This document shows, piece by piece, positions 1-10,800 of a stretch of DNA of 64,000 nucleotides. Origin of the DNA: Eremomyces bilateralis CBS 781.70 (taxonomy: Eukaryota); the NCBI GenBank assembly GCA_010015585.1, contig ML975149.1; one strand, written 5' to 3'. Position 1 is the first letter of the stretch; each line of letters begins with the position of its first letter. Made by a program: the position numbers and the translations under genes. The notes beneath the pieces were generated by a model, which searched no databases, was not told the origin of the DNA, and saw nothing but the letters and a program-made list of their open reading frames with translations.

Positions 1-687
1 CGACGGAGATGGTGAAGCCGATGATGGCGATGAACGAGGCTACGCCGGAGAGGAGAGCGGGGTAGAAAGGCGAGGGTTCGGGGACGAGTCGGGGGGACGG
101 ACGGCTCTGGGAGAAGCGGCGGGGGCGGCCGGAGAGCATTAGGGGGAGGGAGAGAGAGAAGAAGATGGCGAAGGGGAGGAGGAGGCCGTGGGCGATGGGG
201 TAGACGACGAGATCGAGGTATTTGAGGGTAAGGATCCGGAAGATAAGGGTGGAGAGCGAGAGGGCGGATGGAGTGAGGAGGGGAAGTAGTGACTGCGCGA
301 GGTGATGGTAAGTTTCGCATTCAGAAGTGTTGCCAATGTTGCCAGCCCGGTCTAGCTTCCCATCTTGACATGTTGACGAGACGATGAAAAAGGGGACGAG
401 AACAACAAATGCCTTACCGATATTCTGAATCCTTTGATTCCTGTGGAGGCTATCCCCGTACATGTCAAGAGAATGAACTCAATGCCGGTCAACATGAACA
501 GCAATAGGAACGGCGCGTCCAGTGCGTTGAGCGCCGCCTTCATCAAAATCATCGTCGCGATGGACCATGTTGAATCGAACACGATCACACCCGCACTCCC
601 AGTGTTCGCACGTAGCGTCGACGTGAGCAACGCGACGACGCCGGCATCGATTGTGGGCATATTCGATATCGCGGTCTCCCGTCCCAT
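1..687 (-). CDS. Nucleotide-sugar transporter (TPT/EamA family, GDP-fucose transporter-like); 3' end runs off the window and the true start may lie upstream
   Basis: Exon 687-418 is hydrophobic (WSIATMILMKAALNALDAPFLLLF). A phase-0 GTAAGG...CGCAG intron (417-293) joins it to an open frame SLLPLLT...LTLKYLDLVVYPIAHGLLLPFAIFFS...SFIAIIGFTISV, resembling the 'LKYVDASFYQVARGLxLPF' segment of SLC35C1-like transporters. Confidence 0.65.
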
Positions 688-1544
688 TACCTTTCCCCGG
701 GGGTGAGACGGGGAGAGGTGGGTGGATGGATGGACGGAGACCGGGCGCCTAAGAGGAGCGGGCTTGCGAGGGGAGAGCGACGGCTAGTGATATCTTCGTA
801 TCATGGTGGTGGAGAATGACGGAGGGGGTGAGTGGATGGGAACAAGGCCCTGGAACGGGATCGGGATTCGGAAGGGTCAAGGTAAAAGACGTATAGGTAC
901 GTCGAGTACAGAAATGAGAGGATGGTGAATGGTGATAGGGATTAGGGAGGTGCTGAAGGCGCATTTCGGTTCGGATCCGAATCTGCACAAGAAACAGGAT
1001 TATTTAAGATTATTTATTACAGCAATCACAACAGGATGTAACATTAATTACTGCCGCTAGCAGGGGTTAGGCCCACTTGATGCCCTAATATATTACCGTA
1101 ATCTTGATGTCAAACACAGTCATTTCAAAGACAGTCAAAGTCACCCCAAACATCCGAGATTCTGATGACATTGTCGTGACAGTGGCCATTTTCCTCTATC
1201 ACCTCCTATACCTAGATGATCATGGTTATTGAATCGCTAATTGATGCTTGTGTATACTTGATGTGCCTCCGTAATGCAATGTCTATGCTCCATACCTAGC
1301 CAATGAACAGTGTGTTATTTCCAAGGCGTTCCCATCACGATTACGAGATCCAGTTCGGGTGCTTCATGAGCACGTCTTCGGATTATATCATCTAATAAGA
1401 TCTGCCCAAAGGTGGTGGTTTTCAGCCCTTGACATTCTAGCCATTCAAATAAGGCTGCGTGCTCGGTTTCGCAGCACCGAGTCTTGTGCTCGGGACGTTC
1501 CATCTCTCGGTAGGCTATCATGACACAGAGCCCGTGTGTCACCG

Positions 1545-3234
1545 CTACGATATTGGAGTTTCCTTTGTGTCCTGCTGCCTCTTGATTTTGTCAATCCCTA
1601 GGATCGGCCGCAAGTCATCTGCTATTGGAGTGTGCAGCTTAAAACTGTCACCACACTTCTTGAGCTCAGATAACTTCGTGCTCTGACTAATACGGGCCTG
1701 AGTTCGGTATTTTTGTTCCGCGAAGCGTTTGAAAGCTTGCCGGACGTCATTCTCGATGGCGCTAACACCATTGCTTCCAGATTTAATGTTGTCCGGACCA
1801 GGCTTCGTCGATAGATCATTGTCCTTTGTCCCCTGGTTCTCGGTGACCAAGTCCTGATTTCCTTCCTTAATATTTCCCTCGGTTTCTTTGGCAAAATTCC
1901 CACCCAGATGTGAAGCACCAACGTACACTTGCGGCGTTAACGCCTTTCCTACTAATCCAGGAGGGAGATCTAGAAGCATGGGATCTAGAAGAATGGGCTC
2001 TGGTGTCCATGCCGTCTGTGGGTCCCGAGATGCTCTGGGGTCCATGGAAGGAAATAAGTCATAATCTCTAGGGTCTGTTGAAAGAGGAAAATCTGGCTTC
2101 ATGTCTTTCCCTGCCGGTGGTTCATTCGTCTGGTCCATTTGCGACCGCGAGCCATCCAGGTTGCCAGCATCGCGGAATTCTGGACCATTCGACCACTCTT
2201 CTATGGACGCACTATCAATAATATCGGCTTTGGGTATGCCTGCCGACCCTGATGCATCAGGCATAGAAGTCCAGATTCCAGACTCTCGTCTGGGAATTGC
2301 AACCTTCCTAGCTGGTAATTCATAAGGTCGGCCTGGGTACGGAACGTTGGTCGGCCCGTTAGCAACTGGAAGATGTTCTCCCCAACACACCAGATATCGG
2401 CAGACTGAGGATCCGCCTGTCGAGGGTCCCCATCGAACCCGGCCGTCTCGGGGGGCATGAATCCTGGAGTTCCTCGAACACTCGTGGAGTCGAATCCGTG
2501 CATGTCTACGGTACGTTTGGAAAGTCCAAAATCTGAGAGGTTCACCCACCATCTGTCGGGTGGCAAGGTTTTGATTAAGATGTTCTGCGATGCCGCCAGG
2601 GCCGAGTCAGCCGGAACCAATATATTCCAAGGGGCACACCCGTCACTTACAGCCGGCTTTACGTCTCTGTGAGCGAAGCCTTCCTCGTGCATAAACGCCA
2701 ATCCCGTGAGAACTTGGACAGAGATATCGATCACCTCGATCTCGAGAAGACTGCCATGGCGGGCAAGGTACTTCTTTAGGTCTCCGTATTCGCAATATTC
2801 CATGGTGATAAACAGGGATTCCTGACTAGTAAACCAGCCATAGGATTTAATAAAGAAGTCGGTAACTATACTAGTTAGCATATATCAGTCCTGGTCTCAA
2901 TGTATCGTCCTCCCGGCTTGGAGTTAACGGTTGTCACCTTTTCCTGAGAAAACTTCGCCAACGCCTGCAGCTCACGCACATAGTCGAGACCAGCTTGAGC
3001 CGGCCGGTGCAACTGAATTTCCTTGACCGCACGCAGCGCGATTGCTTCTCGGCGCGATAGGAGTCCATCATCGACTCGCCGCTCTAACCAGACCAAGCCG
3101 AAGCCTCCGTGGCCAAGGACCTTTTCCCGACTCCAAGCCTCGCGTCGAGTTCGGTGGATGGCGATATTCCCTGTGAATTCCGTTTCCAGCCTCGAGTCGC
3201 GCACGAGTTCTGGCAACGGTGGTTGTGTCGCCAT
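1545..3234 (-). pseudogene. Ser/Thr protein kinase with C-terminal extension containing a Pbp1/ataxin-2-like segment; probably disrupted
   Basis: Motifs GHGGFG, RAVK, alphaC Glu (RELQAL), HRDVKPA|N (split by an in-frame 66-nt intron), DFG, MPPE and DIWCVG are present. The intron-1 donor (phase 0, after SQEK) does not match the phase of either nearby AG acceptor. Subdomain XI is missing and the frame changes near 2280 into ORF 1545..2552. Confidence 0.7.
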
Positions 3235-3820
3235 TGCGTAACTTTATCATGGAGCATCCATGTCGTGTTGTCCCAGTGAGTGTCGGTATTTGCGTACCCC
3301 GTCCAGCTATGGACAACGTATCTCAACCTCGAGACCACGTTGATCCCAAATTGCGGAATAAGTTGAGTAAAATTCGGAGGTGTTGGGTCAACCGGCTTTT
3401 AGCATGTAGCCATGCATGAATGCGCAGCCTTGCAGCGCTTTCGACTGCGCCTCAAACCACCTGTCTGTCATTGCCGTCTCTTGAAGGCTTCCCAACAGCC
3501 AATAACAGGTGCCCTGGAGTTCCAGCCTGCGGCCCTGCACATCTCATCGTGAAGTCGGACAGCTGTGACATTGGACAGCTTAAACCAGCCCATTACGCGA
3601 CGGTCATGATCAGGCTCAATATCGGAAGAGATCTGGACTTTAAACACAGTGGAATACTCGTGGCTTTCTCAGATACATACCGGTACTACCATATTTGCCT
3701 CTTCTGCCCTCGCCGCGTGGTAATCGGTGGGCGGCCGAGATCCCTCCTTCTGTATGAAATTGAAATAAGACCAATTGACCAGCCGACTGCCTTCCCTTGG
3801 CAAACGCTTGTGGGTAGATC

Positions 3821-5497
3821 ATGGCTGAATTAGGTCTCGCTATATTTGCCTCGATCGACATTTGTTACAAGTTCGTGCTTTTATATCTCGCACCTTCATG
3901 GGTGCTCTGGCGCTGACCTAGACTACGCAGATATGGAAAGGAATTGGTCGCTATTTGCGGCGCTTTTAACGGAGCCGAAGTGGAGCTCCGCGAGCGGACT
4001 CTGCGGATAAATCTGGGCTGGCGCCGAATCGCCATCCAATTGGACTTCTTGAAAAGGGTTCAACACTTGATGGAGGACGACCACCGAGTGCTGCATGAGA
4101 AGTCTCTCCAAACCTTCGGCAGCAAGCTGAAGCTCGCTACCAGCATGATGAACAGGCTGGTCGAAACTCGAGCTACCGCGTCCCATGACGTCGAGCTGGT
4201 TCCGAAACGAGTCAAATACTCTTTGAAGAAGGAAGGTCTTGATAAGGCCATTGAAGACCTCGAAGCATGGCAGCGAGCATCCGATCCCTCATGGTTTCTG
4301 ATACTGCGCATGGCTGACCGTCAGCTCGATACCGAGATCTCGACGGGAGCCGTTAGAATAGCGGATTCGGTTCCATCAACGCTCACAATACGCGGTAGCG
4401 TGCAAAGTGATGGATCTACCTCAGCTGGAAAGGGTATTACCCTCTCTGCCACAGAGCTCCAAGCCTTGTCGACTGAGCCGATTGCGTACTGTGATGCTGA
4501 GTTGGCACTCAGGGCAAACGATGGCCAAAAGTTCATCCTGGACCGTGTCCATCGCATATGTCCTTCTGACAAGACTTATCGAGACGCTAAACAGACTGTT
4601 CGAGATCTGGCACGGAAATTGACGCACAACGAACCTCTGACGTTCGGATTGCTGAGTTGCAAAGGCTTCGTGACCGAAGTGTCCGGCACAGGACCGGACC
4701 GACGCGCCACTTTCACCATGGTTTTGAGAACGTTGAAAGGCTACTCCAATCCCCGTAGCCTTCGCCATTATGTTGTATCGGATGATTGTCTGGAGTCGTT
4801 GTCTCAGCGGGTGGAAATCGCGCAGGATCTAGCGAAATCGGTAAGCTATGTCCATACATTTGGCTTTGTCCACAAGAACATCCGACCCGAGACCGTCCTT
4901 GCTTGCCGCAAACCTGGCACCACGGAGCTATGCACCTTTCTGATCGGGTTCGACGATTTCCGCAGAGAGGACAACTGGACCCTTCGGAGGGGTTACGATG
5001 ACTGGGAGAAGAATTTATATTGCCACCCGTCCCGGCAAGGAGCGACTCCTGCGGAAGACTATGACATGCGGCACGATATCTATAGTCTTGGTGTATGTAT
5101 GCTTGAAATCGGGTTGTGGCAGAGCTTCGTGGAGTACAACGCCGCCGGCAACGCTTCGATTCCATCTTCTATCCTTGAAAAGGCTCGTGTTCAGCGCCCA
5201 GAGCAGTTAGCCTCCTATCTCCTGACTTCTATGAAAGACAAGTTCGTTTCGTTAGCTCACGATCGACTTCCTCGGGCCATGGGCTCCAAGTACGCCGAGA
5301 TTGTGGTGACTTGTCTGACATGCTTGGATCCAGAAAATCCAGACTTTGGAGATCAAAGCGAATTCGAGGATGAGGATGGGATACATGTTGGTGTCCGTTA
5401 CATCGAAAAGGTCAGTGATGCCCCAGTCGGTCATCTGTTAGAAGCACCAATTAACACCATGTAGGTGCTACTTCGTCTCAACAATCTCTGCATTTAA
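3821..5497 (+). CDS. HeLo/HeLo-like N-terminal domain + pseudokinase (MLKL-like architecture)
   Basis: Three exons (3821-3870, 3931-5410, 5465-5497) with canonical GT-AG introns. Hydrophobic N-terminal helix MAELGLAIFASIDICYKYGKELV and a helical domain ending KRVKYSLKKEGLDKAIEDLEAWQ. Kinase fold with VHKNIRPETVL, LIGFDDFR, YCHP and HDIYSLGVCMLEIGLW. Confidence 0.85.
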
Positions 5498-5781
5498 AGA
5501 CCCAGAAGACCATTGGTGTTGACTTGTAAGGAAGCCTGGGTCGTGTTAAACTGCAGATGCATGATCGGCAGTACCTAGATTCAGAATCTAGAATCTTTAG
5601 AAAATCCTTTAAAAGCCTTTTAGAGACGAATCCATGACTGCACTATGACGATTTGCGACGATATGCATTAGATGACTCCAGCTCAAATGTAAAATTGACT
5701 TGATAGAATACCCACAACTTCCATCGCGACAGTGGACAAAAGCTTAGTAGTGATACACGGACTGTACGGGGCACCTTCTCC

Positions 5782-7230
5782 CTAGTCCCACAAGGTAGAG
5801 AAGGGTTTTGTGACAGAAGACTTCCACAAATCAGAGAACGGTTTGGTGATAGCATCGATCACCTCAATGTAGACTCCAAGGATATTCAGTGGAGCGATAT
5901 CCCAGTACCAGCAAGCCAGCGACATTGCCGTGAGACTCGTCAATAAAGCCATCAAGAAGTTCACTCCATTATTGCTTAGGACATCCATGCCCACAGCAAC
6001 CTTGCGAGATTCATAATAGACTTTGCGGTCCAATTCTTCGCCATGCTCTTTCTTGGCGGAGCGGTTCCTCAAGTTCGTCGTCTCAGGCCCAGCGAGTCCG
6101 CTGGCGGACCCTCGGGGGGTGACTGGAACTTTGGCACCTCCTTTGCCCTCCACGACCTTCCCGCTTCTACTATCAACAACGCTCGCCTGTAAAACAGCAC
6201 CTAGGATCGAGTCGAGGATGCTCCCGAATAGTCCCATAAATAGCATAACTCCGAAGAATCCAAGAACCTTGCGTGCGTCCCAGAGAGAAGCGCTCATTTC
6301 CCTCTGGATAGTACTGCCCTGTAGAGACGATGACACTCCGCGAACGTACTTGAGTAGTGAAACGCGAGGATTGGACAACGTGTCAAAGATCTTGGTGAAC
6401 AAAGGTTTGGACTCCCCGTTAACCGAAGGCGGGATAGACGCCTTGGAGGCACTCGCTCCGCTGGACCCGAAATGCTTTAGAGGCCTTTGAAGGTATTCCA
6501 TGGGTAGCAGCGAGACGAAATCGTTCCCGCCGCAGAACTGGAGAAGCAAAGTAGCAGTGAAAGTTACAATCGAGGAGCCCAGAAGACCTGCCACCAATCC
6601 CAATCCAGTTACTCCACCATTCGTCCCTTTAGGGACGGTCTTCCATGGCCTGGTAACAAGTCGCGGGCCCGCATTTGCCAATATGCCTAGCTCGGAGGAA
6701 AACGTGTCCGCTGCCACGGCCGCATAATTGGCAACGATTCCTACCACAAGCACATCTGCCGGACGACCTATCGCGCCCCACCGAAAACAGAACTGGTCCT
6801 CTGGTAGGTCTGCGTTCGTTTGGAGGCGCAAGGCGAGCGTGTGCAGAAGGACGAGGACGCTGGCAACGAGCGAGTTCGCGAGGACCTGGGAGGCGTTCCG
6901 AGGGCCTTCGCCAGCGGTAGATCCGACGGATGAGAGGGTAAGGCGGGCTTTGACATCGTGTTTGATCTACGCCATGTCAGCTTAAGAACGTTCGTGAAGC
7001 GCTGAGAGCGGATGCAAGATCCGCTTCGAACGAGGTATGCGCACCTTAGTTACATGTGACCCGGCGAGAAAGAAGACGCCGAGGAGGACGAAGAAGACAC
7101 TCCATGGATGGATGGCATGCGTGATTGCGGTGAGCAACGCGACAAGGGCGCCGGCTGGAGTGAGGGACTTGTGGGATATGGCGCGGTACTCCAGCGCGAA
7201 AATGGCGGGCACAGCAATTAGAGGATGCAT
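5782..7230 (-). CDS. DUF92 / TMEM19 family integral membrane protein
   Basis: Exons 7230-7045 and 6966-5782. Motifs KSLTPAG, EGPRNASQVLANS, AAVAADTFSSELG, VPKGTNGGVT, GSILDSILGAVLQ and DVLSNNGVNFL. Confidence 0.92.
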
Positions 7231-7713
7231 GGTTTAGACGGATTCCGAGCTTCTGTTAATTGGCAGAGTTATGGTTTGGAATGGAGAGCATGTTTGCCAA
7301 TATAGGCGCGGAGTAGATTGTTCAAAAGCAGCATTGGAAGATGTAGATAACAATTTCCTGGCTGCGTCCAACACTCGTGATGACGCGCCCTGGTACGGCC
7401 CAACTCCCAACTTCCCAAGCCCCAAGGGTCTTCAGCAGACCATTTGGGACAACACCGCCGTTCAGATTTCGTTTCTTCGTCGGATTCGTGAGGTTCGTCG
7501 TGTCAGTGAAACTTTATAATCATCTAGTGTTCCCGTATTGACTATTCCGGAAATCCACTTTTCCAAAGTGAAAAAGGAGGGATAGGATCCAAATTACCAA
7601 CTAATGGCAATGCAAGACCCCAATGAAAGTCGTATGAAGTGCTGCACCAGCTGACAGCACCCCGTGCCATCGAACGCCATCGCTAAAACGTATACTCATG
7701 ACGCTTGTCAAAC

Positions 7714-9378
7714 TCAGCTGTTCCGAGGACCATGCCTTCCCAGTGTGCATAAAGTTGGACAGAAACACGCTTCTTTCGACAGCATCCAGCGACCGAGAAT
7801 CGTCCCGATGTCGAAACGACCTCCCATACCCTCGGCCGATGGAGGCCCTTGACGAACCTTTGGGCTGACCAGGTAAGGGTCAGTAGCAGCATCTCTACGA
7901 AAGGTAAGTCTCGTGCAGAGGGTGTCCGGTCTAACGATCCAAACTCACATGTACGCGTCCCAGGATAAGTCAAATTCTTGAATAGCCTCGATGGGCCGAT
8001 GGGGCCAACTCGAATCCTCCACTCGAACCCGAGATACGTAAGGAACGTTCTTGAAGAAGCGTTCGATCGATTTGACGATCCATCCCACATCGATGATCGA
8101 TGGTGCATCTTTGCATGGCGTGAGCTGGATCACAGGGTCTGGGCTACGAGCGCCAATGGTACCGATGATGAGCGTTCTATGTGAAGGCCGTTGGTTGACA
8201 CGGATGACGAGACTTTCTAATCTAAGTTGTGGAAGCTTTGAACGGATTACTGCCCGCTCCAGGTCAGGAATGGTGAGTTCTAACTCGCAGAGCAATTGTT
8301 CTGGAGTGAGCAGGTTGTAGTAGTCCTTTTCGGTGAACGAAATTTGGATCCGGCGAAGGTTCTCAAAAGCGGGCCTGGTGAGGTTGGATAGAAATTGGGA
8401 GAAAGAAGGGACGCTGTTGAAAATGAAGAGCGTCGTGCTGTAGAACCAAGAGTGAAGTTCTTCGCGGACGTCAAACGATACAAGCGAGAGCTTCATGAAT
8501 TGGTCTCCTCCTTCTATCAGGATGTTAGCAATGGACGTCCCACCTTTCCTAAGATAGTATAGGAAAGAAGAAAATGCAGGGCAACACTATTGCGGATAGG
8601 ATCACGATAGAGTGCTAGCACGAATAAAATATTGTGACTTACCAAAGTAATCGCAATGATACCCCCCCTTTTTGTCAACCCTCCAGTCGTTAAAGAAAAA
8701 CTTGTTCGGTTTGATCAGGGCATGTTGGTAGATTAATAACCTCATTTCCTTCGGTAGGTCCATGAGGGGGAACGGTTTTCCGACGAATATCCATTGATCG
8801 ACGTCAACCTCCTCCACTTCATCTTTCGGGTTGCTCGATTTCCCAGCCAGCATCTTGGTCCAATCCTCCTCGGGAGCCCATCCTGATGCTATTCGCATTA
8901 CGGCAACATATCTCCCCGTCTCTGACACCGGGATGAGCTCCTCCGAGGCAGATTCAGATAACGTGGTGCAGGCGAACAGGCGGGACTTTCGACGAGGTCT
9001 AGTAACCCGCCAATACAGTTTCAAAACAGATTTGATGACTTGTCTCGACTCTTCTAGTCTTATAAGGCACTTGATCGGTTTCCCAAGCTCGTACGTCCTG
9101 TTGTCACCGGATAAACAAACCCAACCGCGAAAGTCTTGGGGAGAACGATTTGGCGAATTCGCCCAGTTTTGAAGATGGTCACAGAAGGCTTCACGGAGCT
9201 GAGGAGAAGGGGCTGGCAGATGTAGAGGAGACAGAGAGAACGCAGGCACAGCCCGCTTCCGCGCGGAGGTTTTGAGGGAAGATGATGGAGAGGATGGAGA
9301 GGATGGTTCTGGGGCTGAACGTTTCGGGGTGAAGGGGAACGTTCTCCTTCGGATCGTGCGTGACGGTAGCGACTCCAT
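7714..9378 (-). CDS. Hypothetical protein with F-box-like motif
   Basis: PFPLMDLPKEMRLLIYQHAL followed by REELHSWFYSTTLFIF. A GTAAGT intron at 8642 joins ORF 7945..8496 in phase, and a GTGAGT intron near 7948 leads to a last exon ending CFCPTLC...RNS*. Confidence 0.7.
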
Positions 9379-10489
9379 CTGTTGTTGTGTAAAGATTTTT
9401 TCCCTGGATACGATCTTTCTGCTATCTCCGGGTCGATGTGGGAGCTTATACGATTATATTTTCGAAGGACCGGTGAGTCAAGGTGAGATGACAAGGCTGC
9501 GGCGGAGGAGGCAGCACTCCCCGTGGGGCCCCCGCTTGACTCGACCTTGGAAGTTTGTCCGAGCGCAAGAAATCAGATAGAACGAAAATCCCGGAAGTCA
9601 AAGGCGATCGATCTATTTCAGAAGTCATCCCCCACCAAAAATCCTGAATGTTCAACGTTCAGCTTGGAGGCTAACAGTCCGATCATGATAGGTGGTTTGC
9701 TGGCTGGAGTCCGGAGTTTGAGCTTGAGAAACGTGGGGTCCTGCTAGTGGCACGATCCCACTGACTGGGGAGACGCTAATATTATTGTAGGCAGTAACTT
9801 ACAATACCGACCCTTCCTTTGAAGACATATGGTGAGTCATCAGTCATCGTCTCGCTTCAACGCCTAGAACCGAATTTACATTAAATCTTAGTTCCGTTGC
9901 GGATCCATCATATTTATATACCCCTTATTCAAAGCTACCTTTCAGTATATGATCTAGAGAGGCCAGCAAAGGCGACCCGGGCCTTCTCATCAAACAATCC
10001 CCAGGTGTAGGCAGGTGATGCTTCTTATTGCTTCCCACGGCTCGCATGTCAAGTCAAATCAAACGCCCGAAAAACTGCGGCAAACGTTTCATATGTTATT
10101 CGAGTACGGCACACGCAGTTATCTCATGGTGGCCAGTCCACGGACTGATATATGCCGACAGGTGGGTCTTGTAGACGCTCAAGAAGTATATACCGCCTAA
10201 AGAGGAGGAAGAGAACTCCACCCAGTGTCTTGCTTGCCTGGCTCGGTCAGTTGCGAGAAAAGTTCTAGCATTTGCTGTTAATGCGTCGTATATTCCTCTC
10301 AGAAATATATTCCAAAAGGAAAGAAATATCATAAGGGAGAGAAATATCACAATGGCAGCGGATAAGAAGAAGCTGACTTGACCGAAATGAACCGAAATAC
10401 CACTTCCTCACTTTGGTTCAGATCACTTTCACGAATATCACATCATCCCGATGTCTCTGTTCTTACCTCTCCCTCTTACCCGCACTCCC

Positions 10490-10750
10490 TTCGTTCACCT
10501 TCTCTCTTCTCATTCGACCCTCTCTCTCCTCTCTATTTTCCCACAATCATCTCAATATCTCCTTTCACTTCTCCCTCCCTTTACCTTCTCTCTTCTCACC
10601 CGATCCTCTCTCCTCTTTCTCCTCCCAAAAATCATTTCAATATCTCCTTTCTCACTTCTCCCTCTCACCTAAAGTCCCTCTCTTCACCTTCTCTCTTCTC
10701 ACCCGGCCCTCTATCTCCTTGTTCTCCTCTCCAGAATCATCTCAATTTTA
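10490..10750 (+). repeat. Pyrimidine-rich imperfect tandem repeat, 3 copies of about 87-103 bp
   Basis: The unit (t)caccttctctcttctca...aatcat(c/t)tcaat recurs at about 10494, 10581 and 10684, and the + strand is almost G-free. Confidence 0.8.
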
Positions 10751-10800
10751 AAATCACACCCCCATGATCAAGAGACTCGCAACCACCAAATCTCGGCATT

